Below, piece after piece: positions 1 to 14,268 of a stretch of DNA of 64,000 nt. The stretch lies in contig OZ059895.1 in the NCBI GenBank assembly GCA_964057225.1, positions 5,704,001 to 5,768,000 of the forward strand. Direction: 5' to 3'. Numbering within the stretch: the stretch's first letter is position 1; each line of letters opens with the position of its first letter. The position numbers and the translations under genes are program-made. Source of the DNA: Auanema rhodensis. Its lineage: Eukaryota; Animalia; Nematoda. Under the pieces are notes generated by a model. That model did no database searches, had not been told where the DNA came from, and saw nothing but the letters and a program-made list of their open reading frames with translations.

Positions 1-237
1 TTTTTCATTTTAAATTAAAACCGAAAATAATATAGAAAGTGTTGACGCTGGCGCACCTTTTTTGCCCAAATGCGATTTTGCAGATTTTCAACAATTTAAA
101 AACATTTTTTCATTGAAAATCATCCTTAATTTCCCCACAATGTGTCATTTTTCAAAAATGACCAAAATTTGTCTGGCGCACCACTTACCCATTTGGCCCA
201 CTTTCAATTTTACTTGTATTTATTGTTTTTATTGCTA

Positions 238-895
238 TTAAATGACGAATCTGAGATTCGATAAAAATCTTGAACCTCTGACAAACATTGATCTCATTTC
301 TTTGGTAGACACATTAAAGATCAAGAATTTTAGTATTACATAGAAAATAATAAATACAATTATACAAAAAACGGAGTGAAGATAGAATATTGATTGCCAT
401 CCATATGATGATTCACATAATTCTCCGGAAATAGGCATTGAAAAAATTGCACTGATTTGAGCGAAAGTAGTTAAAACTGCAATAAAGAGGCCATTTTGAG
501 CCAATGTAGCCCAAGAAGATGTTACACTTCCAACTGTTGGCATACAAGCTGAGAATGAAATTCCCTATAATGATGGAATATTAGCTGATGTCTTACATCA
601 TCTAATGCACATGCCTGTACGAAACGAAGAAGTAAAAATAAGTTGAGATCCTTACTAGCTACAAGAGGAATAAGGCCTGTAGCAACTGCTGTTAATAATC
701 CAGCTAACGTAAACATCTGAAAAAAAATGAGAGTTCAATGTTTTTTTCACTTAATAAATGAAAAAATTCATTTAGATATTTCATACTTTTCGACTTCCCA
801 CAGTAGTTATAAGATGTGAAAATGGAACTACTGATACAAGAGCTCCAATAGCTACAGCAGAGAATAATAATGTTCTTTGATTTTTGGAATATCCT
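238..895 (-). CDS. Partial MFS transporter (nematode SLC17/ACS-like family); may be truncated or a pseudogene
   Basis: Exons at ~787-895, ~615-717 and 238-564 join to give YSKNQRTLLFSAVAIGALVSVVPF...LRFVQ|GISFSACMPTVGSVTSSWA...SGELCESSYGWQSIFY, which are typical SLC17-like motifs. No upstream exon or C-terminal half was found in the window. Confidence 0.65.
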
Positions 896-1077
896 TACTT
901 ATATTACAATTTGATAAAAAATGAAGGTTATCTTTATTTATTTGTGTCATTTTGCATCACAAATTATTATTTTTTGAATATAATTGAACATATTTTATCA
1001 GTTAATTGTGGATATAATCTTTGATTTACGTCTTTTATTATACAATATATATTGTTTATACATCCATTCATACATTC

Positions 1078-1109
<32 letters not shown>

Positions 1110-2606
1110 CTAAAAATCTATGATATCTGGATGATTTCAGTATACTTATATATCAATATATACATATAGTAGATATATGGAGATATATATACATATGAAT
1201 GAACATTATAATTAAGTATAAAAAGAATAGAGAAATTGCTCATTCGAATCAGAATTTAAACAGGATTGTATAATCTATAAATGCTTCATAACCCAATAAA
1301 ATTTTGAATTTATATTATTTTATTTAAAAATGTAATATGTGAGTTATCATGTTTCTAATTAGAAGATATAGATTTTTTTCTTTTAAATAATATTTATAAC
1401 AATTAGTTAATATATATCATATATTATCATATATATATATATATAAGTATATATAAAGTATATTCTTTTCATTTTATTTTTTTTTATTTTTTATGGAAAT
1501 AAAATTTAAAAAAAGAGACTTTTGGATTTGCTTTATAACTATTTGCAGTCCAGAAATCTACTTCTTCATGTAAAATCTGATAAATGTTTAATTGATTCTG
1601 TTCTGATTTTCGAAAGATAAAGCTAATATACCTGAATTTCTAAGTAGGAACTTGGAGCACAAACAAAAACGGATAACGAGCATGAAATAAGAAATTCTAA
1701 AAGAAAAGTTTTCATAAACTTTCTTACCTGTTTCACACTTCATAGCTTACTTGGCAAAGTGCCAATTTTGATATTATCATTATGCAACCGATCTAGTCTT
1801 CTTATAAGTCTCAATTTCAAATACAATATGAGATTTGACGCAGATTCTAAAAAAAGTTTTTTTTCCGCTTTTTTAACTTTTTCATTAATAATCACGTGCT
1901 ATTATTATATTCCAAATTGTTTTTAGCCAAAGATATGCTTCAATGCTTTCAAATACTCGTTTAATTATCAGTTGAATAAGGATTTGTCTGTTTTCGGAGG
2001 AAGATATTTTAAGAAATGTACAAAAAATGAACAAAAAGTTTGATTCCAATAAACTTGAAAGACAAAAATATATAAATTATATATTTTAGTTTTATTTAGA
2101 TGACAAAATAAAGACAAAAATACACAAAACTTAAATCTTATAAATTGTTTTTTTTAATTAAAATTATAAATATATGACTAATCTATTATTATTCGTTTAT
2201 ATCAATTATTCTTCAATTTAAACATTTTCTTTAAAATTGTTACAATGATCTTAACCCTAATAATCATATCTTAATTATGATATATGTATATATTTTACTA
2301 AATATGTTTTCTAGAATATGTGAAATTACACGCTTACCTATTTGAAAATAACATCCCTTCATAACTTTACTCAAATCATTCTTCTTTTTTTTTTATAAAT
2401 TTAGAACACAAAATCCCGAGACGAAATTGTGATGATGTTAAACACTATCATTTCCATTCCAATCAGCCATATTATCATCAGAACCGAGAATCGTCAAGAG
2501 ATTATATATTCTGAAATTTTGAGATTATCTTCCATTACTATTCTTTTCAGCATAATTTCTCTCCCTACTTTGCTTTTCCAATCTCTCTTTCTCTGTTTTC
2601 TTTCTT

Positions 2607-2646
<40 letters not shown>

Positions 2647-3772
2647 TATTTTATGCTTTCTCACTACTGTCATTGACACCTCCCTATCCACCTTTCTTGT
2701 TATATCTATTGATAAAACTACGATTCTTCTTATTCAATATTATTTTTTACGTAATAATATCACAGAATAATGATTTTGAAATGACTTAATTAATGATTTT
2801 TTGAACTTAATTTCATGTTCATTTGATTTCTATGATCATATTGAATATATTTTAAACTATTTTCCCTTTTTCAACTGTTCTCTTTACATAGAGTGGAAAA
2901 TGCTGGCAAGCTGTGCCTGCTATGCTTTTCACCAAATTATTATTTTCTTTTCTTTTCTTTTCCAAAAGCTCATTTCCCTTTTTTGGCTAAAATTCTTTAT
3001 CTCTAGGGAACCCAATATGTTATAATAAAGCTGATAATTAATGAGAATCTCTATGCTCTCCAAGCACCTGCTTATTATCTATTGACTTGTTTTCAAGGAA
3101 GCATTATCCAGCTTGAACTGAAAATCGGCCAATATCTTTCTATAACTATTAATTTATCTTATAATTATTCTAACCAATTTTATATATTTCAAAAATATCT
3201 TTTTAATTTCAATCCAATGTTCCATGTCTTTTTCAAACAAATACTGTATGAGATGTACTGCTACTCCCATGGTTACGTTCAATTACGTTTCCCGCATATT
3301 CGGTCAATTCAACTTCAGCATATTTTTAGTATATTTACTTCAAGAATTTGCAATTCTTTTCAATGTATTCTTTAAAAAATTTAAAATAATTCTTGTTAAG
3401 AATATAATTTTTGATTTAAGTTTCAATTAAAGTTTAGTAATAAAACAAGTTGTTTCTTTTTTTTGACATAACAAACATTTCTGGATTATCTATGTAATTT
3501 TGAAATGTATTAATTTTCATTATATTCAACATTTTTCTTTAAATTTTCATTAGCTTTTTGGTTTTTGCTTGTGAAGCTTTGAAATTACCCATGCGTAACC
3601 TGAATGCTTGGTGATTCCAGGCGTAATCACACTGTGATTCGTATGCTAGCATATCACTCAAATCTCTTTTAAGATTTTTCCTTTATTCGTTGTATTCCAA
3701 ACGATATATATTACTAACTTAAAGCTTATTCTGCTATTACTATCAATCCTAAGCTTATATGTATGTTTTAGA

Positions 3773-5843
3773 ATGTCTGTAATGAGTAATATAAGGGAAA
3801 GTAATTACTCTCCAACTTCTTCATCAGCATCAGCTTTATATAAGATTTTAGCTTTGAATCAGGTACATTAGTTATTTCTAACTTGAACCTCATTATTGGA
3901 TATTCAAGCTTACGGGTAAAGACCTTACTATGAAAAAAATGGAATTGGATGATGAGGTTTACGAGCCATCAACATCATCAGTTACGTCTGATGACGCTGT
4001 TGAAGCAAAGATTACGGAAAACTTAGAAGATACTAACCCATTGTCGTTAATTGCTGAAAATCCAAAACAACGATCTAGAAGACGATTGAAGAAAGTAGAT
4101 GATAATAATACCTCATTGCCTAAATATGATGAATCATCTCCTGTTAAAAACAGACGTGATGAATATAATGATTTTTTTAAGGTCGGTATAAGCCATTAAT
4201 TTTCTGTATCAATGAATATCATTTGATTTTTAGCCTGTTGTTAATGTTCTGCATGTACCATTGAATTCTTCACCAACCATGGGTAATTCAGCTGGATTAT
4301 GTTTGAAAGAAATAGAAGAATATCAACAAACATTACCTGATGACGTGAGTTCTAATTTACAATAATAGAAGAAAGCATTTTCAACAAAAAAAAAATTTAT
4401 TTGGAAATGTATGTATGCGGCATACGGTTGTTTTCATCTCTCTCTCTCTTTTTCTATTTCTATCTTGATATCTATCTCTCTGTCTCCATTTTTTCATTTC
4501 TTTTCTGAAACAGCAATACATTTGTAATTAATAATTTTTGATATCGAAATATGAAAAAGTAAGAGTTTATCTAATTAACCTTTCCTAAGAATACCATTAA
4601 TATAAAGGAAATGATGGAGAAAAATTAATGAACAATTCCATTAATACTTAAATACTACTCGTTGCCATGACAAATCTCTCGCAACAATTACTCAAGAAAG
4701 AGAAAATACAAATGACATCAATTTTCAATTTAGGTACTTTTCAAACGACCGCATACTCCTGAACCAGAAGAGAAGCCACTTAAATCAACTGAAGAATCAT
4801 CTGTATCTAATGGCGCTGCAGCTTCAACTAATATTTTTCCATTCCTTACTCCTAACTTTTTTCCAAATATATTATCCAACTTGTTTCCAAATGCATCTAC
4901 TACAACATGGCCGTTTCGCCCTATTCCAAATATCACGGAAGATGAATTGTCGTCTAAACCGTTAGCAAATGCTTTATCAATGAGAGAACAGTCAAATATG
5001 ATTCTCAATGCAAACTCCCTAATGTCAACCCCATCTAACAAACTTAAAGCTTTATCGGGTGATTCTAGCACCTCTATAGCATCTGCTTCTTCGACAACTC
5101 ATACTTCTTCTGATAACCAGCAAACGACCGCAACATCTCAGCCAGTAATCACAAGTAGATCTTCTCTAGAAGTCCCGCCACTCCAATTACCATCTGTAGA
5201 TGTTCCAAATGTGCCTAACTCAAACTTCGGTGTTTCTCCATCACTGCCATTATTCTCAAATACCCAAAACTTCAATCTATTGTCTCCAGTTTACCAACAG
5301 CATTTAAATAGCCTCCAGTCCCAGGGTAGTGTTCCTTTATTTACACCCTCAGCATCAGAAATACAAAATTCATCTCAACAATTACTTAATTCCAATCTCT
5401 TCTCACAAATATCATCAACCCATCCATTTTTAACGGCCAACTCATCTCTTACAAATAGTTTAGATTCTGAACGAAAGTCGGGTAAGTTATCACCCACACT
5501 TCGAGCTCAAACAGCCGCTTTCTTCCAAAAACAATTACTAGAAAGGAACAAATCATACGACGAAGCATCTGAAAGATATCAGCTGCTACTTCGCATGAAA
5601 CAAGCAAATAATGAAAAAATCCTGGTAATAAATTTCCATAAAAAAAGAAAAAATTATTTTTTACAGACTTGTTCATACTGCCTGTTATTTTTTCGAGAAG
5701 AAGCTATGTATAAAATGCATGCAGCTTTGCATCACCCCCTCAACGTGTGGATGTGCTCCCTATGTGGAATGGAATGCAATAACCGTCTGTTCTTCAATGT
5801 ACATATCATAGCAGCACGGCATGAACAAGCAGTACCAAAATGA
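3773..5843 (+). CDS. Ser/Pro/Gln-rich protein with a C-terminal Ikaros/hunchback-type C2H2 zinc-finger pair
   Basis: Five exons (~3773-3862, 3909-4181, 4234-4344, 4734-5624, 5668-5843) splice in frame. The last exon is TCSYCLLFFREEAMYKMHAALHHPLNVWMCSLCGMECNNRLFFNVHIIAARHE. TTTTAG acceptor just before the ATG; AATAAA at 5912. Confidence 0.8.
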
Positions 5844-6079
5844 CAACTCATGAATGCAGCAATATTACTGAACAATTTCTTGTTTATTTTTAAACTTATT
5901 TATCAGACATGAATAAATTATGAATCGAAAAATTTGAAACAAAGAAAAAAATTAGAGAAAACGTAAAATTACACAACTATTTTTATTTACACGGTGAAAT
6001 TGGTCATTTGATGTTATTAGCCTGAGGTGCTTTGTCATTTATAGATTAAAACAGCTTCTAAATGCTTATTCAGTAAGTA

Positions 6080-9000
6080 ATGACTCTTGGCTATGAATTT
6101 CGACCCACTTTAGTATTTAATAAAGATATTCTGAATCGAATATCAGCTTTTTTTGAAGACCCGAATGACTCAGCAGGTTAGCATATAACTCTTTCTTTCC
6201 TTAATCAACAGTTCAGAATGTAAACGTTCAAGAGCAAATAGCTCTGGAAGTGAAAATAATCTACTAGATGCTGATGAATCTGCAGGAGTTGATGAATGGC
6301 AATCTATGGAGAATAATGAGGTTTTAGAAGATATTACAAATTTTCGCTCATGCGAAATATATTCTCAGAACAGTGAACAAAACGAAAATTCCTTTTCTAC
6401 GGCATGGTTATCCGGGTGTTTAATTTGCTCATTTGGCTCATTAGACTATTTTGTAATTGTGGGAAACAAACGATATGCTGTCCTAACAAGAAGACCTACT
6501 GAAGATTGCACTGTCGAACTTCTGTGCATGAAAACTGTTGAGCATTTAATCGATAAAGAAGAGGTTGGCATTGGTATTGTAAAATAATATCTATTGTTTC
6601 CGTAAATTATAGGATTTTATCAGCTGCTGTGAAGTTTTTGGATTAGGAAGTTCACGCAAATCAGAAACAATGGATTGTATGACTATTGCATTGGGATTAT
6701 CTGATGGTCGTGTAGAGTTCTATACAGAAAAAGGAACTCTTCTTTTTCATGAGAATTTCTCGTATTCAAAACCCATAATAACAATCTCATTTGACCAATA
6801 TACGGTAATACTCTAGAGAAGTTTTCATTTTCGGAAAAAACTTACAGGGAGGACAACAATTAACCGTTGCTTCGAGTGAGGAAGTCTTTTTCATATCTTC
6901 AGAATCTCTTTTATCTGTATTATCACAATCCAAAACTGCGGTAGTTATTTTGGAGTTAGTGAAACGATAATGATCAGACATTTTATATAGATTGCTCGCG
7001 GAGAGAAAACATCTGATGAACTTTCTGATATGTTACAACTAGAGTGCGAACGAATTGATGTTGAAGGCAGGTACGCATATGGAATAGCTTAAGTTTTTTC
7101 TCAAGGGAGATTTGAATTTTAGATCGAATTTACATAGAGTTATATTTACGGGACCGTATAAGACAACTGCATTAGAACGATATATCTCAGCTTCAATGGA
7201 TGGGAAAGATGTACAGTTTGCTTATTCATATTCAAAGATTAATGTTTATTTGTAGTCTCGGCTGGAGAGTTTAATATCTCCGAACTATATTACGATTTTT
7301 GCGACTTCTGATGACTCTTTGGGAGATTTCGTCTGGTATCCTGAGGGTTCAAATGTTAATATATGGACCGATGCAGTGTCTAAAATTGCTTCTTCGGTAT
7401 AATTTTATTCGTTTTATGATTTTGATATGTTTATATTTTGAACTGCTTCAGGTTTTACCACATTTTGGATTCCGGAAGTTCTTAGGAATATCGTCTGGAA
7501 GCAATAAGAAAGATGTTCTATCAGTTTCAAAAGGAACAGCACCTATTCGATCATCTTTTGAAGATGATAGGTTTTTCAATAAGCTATCTCGTGCTCCCCT
7601 AGGCCGTGGGCTGATTGCTGGGGCGGATAATGTTGCTCGTGTAGTTTTGATCGACGTAAATTTCGAAGCATAATTCTTTCAGTGGTACAGTACTGCTTAT
7701 TTAAGGTGAAAAGAAGAATTATATCCCGTATTTGGAAAGGTTATCGTGATGCCTCTGTAGCATGGTTAACAGTTAGTAGAGATAACAAACGAGTTGTTTT
7801 TTTGGTAATTTATGCCCCACGGCTTTCATTATTAGAAGTGTGGCTCCCGGTTTGTTTTTCTGATTGAGGTAAAAAAACAATTATCATCTTTTTAGTATGG
7901 AGATAGAATTGCTGCTCAAAGAGTTGACCCTAAAGGCTATTTGATCGAAGACACAGGGTGTATGGTACTAAGTAGTAATCAAAAAGATGCTAAGGAAGAG
8001 TCGAAGGTTTTTTTTTTAGATTCAAAGGTTTGTTCGTAAATTAAAAGTTTGTGTATAGCCTTTTGATTTAGGGAGTCTTAAGTGAAATATACATACCCTT
8101 CCATTGTGCATTAAAGAAATATCAAACTGGGCAAGCTCACGATCAAATTGTTTTAGAAAGTGTATGAATTATATCTTTTGATCAGATTTTTATATTATCT
8201 TTTGTAGCTTGTGTCCGGAAGTAATACTAGTGGATATGATCATATACTCAAGGCTTTTGATAGTTTAAATACTGATGAAGCAAAACACAATGCTTTGTCA
8301 TCTATACTTCAATCTACTACTGATATTAATGAATTTGAAAAAGTTATAGGTGAAATTAAAAAGGTATACTTATTATGGTCTTCATTTTTAAAAAATGTTT
8401 TTAGAAACAATTATCTGATGATTTTCGGAAGCGTATCGATCATGTAGATGGCATGTTCGGTATACTTAAAGATTTGCTTCAGCTTTACCGTAGCGGTAAT
8501 AAATCAGAAACAGCGTTTGATTTTCCGTTGCATCCGGAATCAGAAGCAATTTTCAAAAAACATCTAGAATTAGGAGATGAAGGGTTTTTCTAAGACTTGT
8601 TGATGGCAAACTGAATTTAAAATTTCAGAAGTTTATCTGAAAAGTTTGATATTCAAACCTTCTTCTCTCTATTCAGCTGGAATTCAACCGACACTGAACT
8701 TATATTGAAAAAGTTTGTAATTCATATTGATAACTTATTTAATTTTTTTTAGAGACCTCACTACTGAAAATATACTTCCTTTCGCTCAGTTACTCTTTTT
8801 GCCATATTTGAAAGGAGGAAAAGATGTTTCACTATTATTTGATCAATTCATTCCAAAACTGAATTTTCCAATTGTTAGTTTTATTACTTTTTTATTTTTA
8901 CTTTTATTTTAATTTTAGAAGACATATGCACATATGCTTTTGAGTTTTGTTTTACACTCAACCTTTCCTTTCGAAAAATGCTTTGGTAATTTTATTGTTC

Positions 9001-11182
9001 TACTTTCGGAATTTTTAAAAGAAATTCCGGACGATATTAGTATTTGGGAAAAAATGGGATTAGAAAGGTAAATGTTCTTTCAGTTTCCTTTATTTGTTTT
9101 GGAATTTCACTTTTTTAGTTCAAATATCAATCGTTGCATTATGATATATGTTGCTTTATTCATTATACGAAATGGTTCCAAAATTCTTGAACGGAGGCAA
9201 AATGTTTCCACTGGTTTGTCAATAGTATTTTGAAATAGTTTTTTTCATTTTTTAAGGTGAAGCTTCTTTGGAATGGGACACAGTGGATCCATTAATAGAA
9301 CTGGCTGATTCTACATTATCTGCTATGCATATTTGTTGGATCTTGTCACATTTGAACAGTGAATGTTCTTATCGCAAAATGCTGCAAAAGGGTCCAGGGT
9401 TCATTCGAGAGCAGGTAACTTTTGATTTGTGAAATGATTTTTATTTTATCAGTGTTCAGATAGCTTCATGGATTGTCGAGAAAGATGTTACTGTTGATTG
9501 CTTAGACGAAGTCCTGAATGAATCCGAGGATATTACTGAACTAATAAAGTTGTTACCATTAACAACTTCTAAAGATCTTCTTCATGCTGATATCGCTTGG
9601 GAATTGGCAAGTTTTTGGTTCAAGAAACGTGGTGAAAGAATGGAAAGTTTGGAAGTAAAGTGATAGTTCTTATTGGTCAATACAAACTGTGTTCAGAACT
9701 CGATTAGTTTCATATCTGTAATTGAAAATACAAAGCTTAAGCTTGGTTTGAGTAAGCTCGTATGGGATAAATTTCTAGCAGAGCCATTGAAGATTCTGTC
9801 AAGAGAAATTGAGCAAAATGGAAGAACACCAACCGATAGAGAGTCTCGCAACGTTCTTCAAATTCCTGAAAACTGCTTGGTAGTAGATTTGTTTTGTGGC
9901 TTCAATAACGAATGACGATTTCCAGCCAGCATTGATTGATATTACGATATCCTTGCTCGACATTATGCGGGAGAGTGCCAGACATGGAACCAACTTTGAC
10001 GAAGTTCCTGTTGATCATACCTTACAGGTGAAACTATCCCATTTTTCTGTATTAGTTTTCTTTTTTTCTTTTTTTTCAGTTGGCTTGCGCGCATCCTCCT
10101 GATTTTTGTAAAGATAAAACAGTTACATCTGTTGATTCTCTTGTTCATATCGCTTTCAAACAAAATATGATTAATTATCATTTAGTTCTTCATAATTTGC
10201 AAATATATCATGTTTATCAATTGCTGGTAATTTCAGTTATCGTTTACAAATTCTATCATCGTTTTTCAGTTTTTGAGCAATATCAATATCAAGCCAAAAA
10301 GAATATTATTCTGTGAGAATGGAGTTAGAGCTTTCGACCATCCATTGGATTCACATCCATTGGTACCTGAGGCTGTTGATGACATCTATATGAAAAATCG
10401 TCATGATTTTTTAACAAAGGTTTTTATCATATTTAATCTTCATTATTTTCCCTTTTATGAAAGAACAGAACAATGTTATGATGAAGTTATTAGGGAGACA
10501 ATCAACCCATTGATAGTGTCCCCTTTGAAAAATGAAAATTGTCACGTGAGCGGCACGCGACTACCATTTTGCTGTTCTTTCCTATATTCATTATCAATCG
10601 ATAAAGCACGAAACCAAATTAATATTAAGAAAGATAAACATTTAAAATATTTTTAGATAGCTGAAGATGGGACTGATGTTGAGCGCAGACTTGCTCGTGA
10701 TTTAGCTTCAGAATGGGGGTTAAATGATGATTCTATTGCTTTAATGGTATTATTAGAGATTGTACACATTATTTAAACATAACTTTAGCAACTATTGCAC
10801 TACTTGAGAATTGGTAATGATGAGGAAGCTAAGTTGGAATTGGGAGCCGTGCGTTCTGAGCATTTAGGTCTTAGAATTGCCAGAATCTTTGCTGCTAGAG
10901 TAATCCAACTAGCTGCTGAAGAAAATAAAACCTTGCCAGGTTCCATAAGCAGGTTTATAGTCTTCTGCTAAATCCATATATATATATACGCTGTTTTATA
11001 GATTCTTACGGGAATTAGCTGATGATGAAGTTGTCAACTGGGAAGGATCATGGAAAAATGCTGTAAAATCGCTGGCCGATCTGGTATCTTTCATGAACAT
11101 GGAACCAAAGGATGTACCAAACTTTATAAAAATTGGTACCATCACCAGACAATATTGGGGTATTAAATGCTATAATGCATAA
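6080..11182 (+). CDS. rbg-2: Rab3 GTPase-activating protein non-catalytic subunit (RAB3GAP2)
   Basis: About 25 exons; hallmark motifs ADNVARVVLID, RIWKGYRDASVAW, FLVIYAPRLSLLEVW and late HADIAWE. All introns checked are GT-AG. Confidence 0.9.
10460..10580. ncRNA. Candidate structured RNA element in the long rbg-2 intron (unclassified)
   Basis: A 9-bp closing stem AAAGAACAG/CTGTTCTTT encloses two GC-rich hairpins (10493-10523, 10541-10561). It lies in the only long intron of the gene (237 nt). Confidence 0.35.
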
Positions 11183-11568
11183 GCATCTTGTCAACTCTTT
11201 TATTAACCTGTGATTACTAATCTTGTCATAGATTCTGTATAATACGAAAAAATTTATTAATATGTCTATTACATGTATAAATTTTGCAATCCGTATTTTT
11301 GGCAATCACTGCACGAAACAAAAATAAAAAAAAATTACAAAAGTATATATATATACATATATAAATTATGAACGTTCTCAGGGATAACTAGCCAAACTAT
11401 CAAATTTGGTCCGAATATCGGTCTGACCATTTCCTTCATTGAATAACTAAAGGGAGGTTCGGGGACTTATTAAAGGAATGTTTTTAGAAAAAACAAAATC
11501 GGAAACAATCACCGTTTTTCAAGTAATACAAACAAAATATAATTAATAATGGTAATCCATGTGACAAG

Positions 11569-13189
11569 TTATTGTTCAACAATTGTATCGGAATTATCCA
11601 AAAAGGCACCTACTGCACCTAGATATCCCTCATGTTTCATGAATAAGGCTTCAGCTTTTCCCTTAAACATACAAAATAATGAAAATAACATATAAATGTA
11701 TAAACAAAAATATTACATACCTGACTCCAGAAATTGATTGCATAGGTTAAAGTTCTCATAGTTATAGGATGTTTTCGAATGAAGAAACCTCCGAAGTATA
11801 TCCTTTTCATCTTATAATGCTGGCCATAAAGCATTGCCATCTAAAAGAGAAATTAATGTTACGTAGGACTTAGCCAGTTATTCATGAAAACTTTGATAAA
11901 TTGCTGATTACGTACCTGACCAATGTTATTGCTAATCATGAGCAACAAACTCTTTGCTAAATCTTCAGGATTTTGATCGCTCAAACCTTCACTTCTGTTA
12001 CATTTACCAAATGATCCGGCAATCAAATCGCCACGCAAGTTCAAGTTTTCATATCCACCTCCATATATATCACATACCTTAAAATAAACAGTCAAAATTT
12101 GGTATTAAAGGATAAACGCTAACGAGTGTGTCACATTTTCTATGGTCGCCCTTTTCGGCAAGAAGTAAAAGCTCATCAAAAGCTAAAAGTTGGCAAATAA
12201 AACAATAAAGTATGTTAAAAGCCCACTTTTAACTTTAGTTAACAATTTTCCAAGACCTATGAAAGAGCCACCTCCCATAGACGATCCTCCTACACGTTGG
12301 AAAGAAGTTGGAGAATCGACCTAATTGGATTTCGAATATATGATAATGAAAGTCAAGAATACCTTCAAAATAGATATACCAGTGCCGATATTAACCAATA
12401 AAAATGGATAAATAGCCTCCTTATTAACTGGTTTATATTGATACCTAAAAAAATTTCATGAAAACTCATTTTAAAAAAAATAAAAACTTCTCAATTCCTA
12501 TAGCTTCATGATGATAAGTAAACGATTCATCTTCGTTATTTTGTAAAAGAAAATCACATCCAAGAATGAGAGCTTGCATCTCGTCAGTTCTCTCAACACT
12601 TAAAAAAGATGATTTTAAGTTAATAATCTCTTAAATATTTATAATACTAACCAAACATTCAATTTTTCTTTCAAAACTTCACCATGTTTGAAGGAGCCAC
12701 CACCAGTACAGTAAATTACGTCGTCCTGAGTGCGATCCTTCCAATTCTGATGAGACCAAAGTTGTTTTTGATAAGAAAGTTTCATTTACCTCACAAACAA
12801 ATTCCAAACATTCTTCAATCGACATGAACTTTTTAAAATTAAGAAGAACTTCGTGAGATTCAGATCCATCTTCACACTCACAAACAGTGGTATAAACTAA
12901 CTTAACCAAAGTTCCTCCTACAACATCATAATATCAGAATTTCGATTAATTTCTAATCAAACCAATATCACAAGCAAAACGACTTTTTTTCAACAAGTGT
13001 TTGAACCGAGGTTCATTTGGCAGGACGATGTAGGGAGTTTTCGGTTTTTCTTTCAAAATTGGTTGCTTATTAACACCATCTCCCTGTCCTGCTTCGTCTA
13101 CCCTTCTGAATAAACAAAATTCAGGGGTAACTAGACATCAGGAAAAAGATTGCAAACCTGAGGTGCGAAGCAAGTAGGAGCTCATCCAT
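11569..13189 (-). CDS. pnk-1: Type II pantothenate kinase
   Basis: Spliced product contains DIGGTLVKLVY, FLLVNIGTGISILK, GGSSMGGGSF, DIYGG, IAGSFGK, MISNNIGQ, RIYFGGFFIR and HEGYLGAVGAF. No C-terminal DUF89 domain, so pnk-1 rather than pnk-4. Additional 5' exons are possible. Confidence 0.9.
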
Positions 13190-14268
13190 GATGCGACGAT
13201 TCTGCAATTATGAAAGTTGCCAAAAAGACCCCAAGTAAGGAAGAAATGAATCGATATTTAATCAGACCTTAATATTTCTTCTCAATCGTCTTGAGACAAT
13301 GCGATCACTTGGATGGGAACGAAATATCGCCATCGCTCTCCTAAGAAATCGGACCGTTTAAGACGGATATGATAGAGACAAAGAAGACATCACGATAATT
13401 TGAGTATAAAGAAAAACAATTTCATTTAACTCTGAAGCAAAATGAAAATAACGCCCCGAAAAAAAATAAAACCGGATAACAATTCTGTAGGGTAAACAGC
13501 AAAATGCAATGAACTTTAAAAAATTGAAAAGAGAAATTGATGGAAACAAGAACGGAATTTGACATCAAGAACCAAGAAAATAAATACATTAACATTATTT
13601 CAAGCATAGTTCCGATTCCAGGACGCAACTTCCTAAGGAGGTTGGTAAATTTTTCTAATCAGAACTTAGCCAGAAGATATCTTAGCAAAATGATGAAATG
13701 ATGAATGAATGATAAAGAAAAGAGAAAAGAGGAAGAACATAACAAAAGGATATGCAGGATTAAGGGATACAAATGAGAACTAAATAAAATAATAAAATAA
13801 CGGCAAGCTCTCGCAAAATGAAGTAAAATAAAAATCTAACCCAATGAGCACTATCGTAAAGCTAGGAAAAAAGCAGAGAACAAAATGTACATGAACAAGT
13901 ACTCAAGAAAGAAAATAGGTAAACAAGTAGCAACTACTTTCTAGTAAAGAATAGATTACAGTACCTTATTCACAAGTCAAAAGAAGATATATGAGCCAAG
14001 TATCAAATTCCTAAACAGAGTAAAAAGAAGAGAAAGTCGTCAGAGGTCGTCTGCATTCTAACAAGGTAAGACTCTAATAAGGAGATTCCAAAGTCAATTT
14101 TGCTTTTTAACGGAAATAACTATCACATATGCACTGAAGATGGGGAGGAAACGTGGGGTGACTATGGTGGGGTGGAAACAACAGAAATGACATTGCCAGA
14201 TAAGGAATACAATAGATCACCGATACAGACAAAATGAAAATATGACGAGAAAACTCCGCGTAAAAAAA

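Noticed and set aside
2429-3430. Several ORFs of 65-113 aa
   Set aside because: They are driven by the CT microsatellite and AT-rich composition, and I could build no coherent exon chain.
10478-10565. Hammerhead ribozyme in the rbg-2 intron
   Set aside because: The core reads ATGATGA rather than CTGATGA, and the stems do not abut the GAAA/UH positions.
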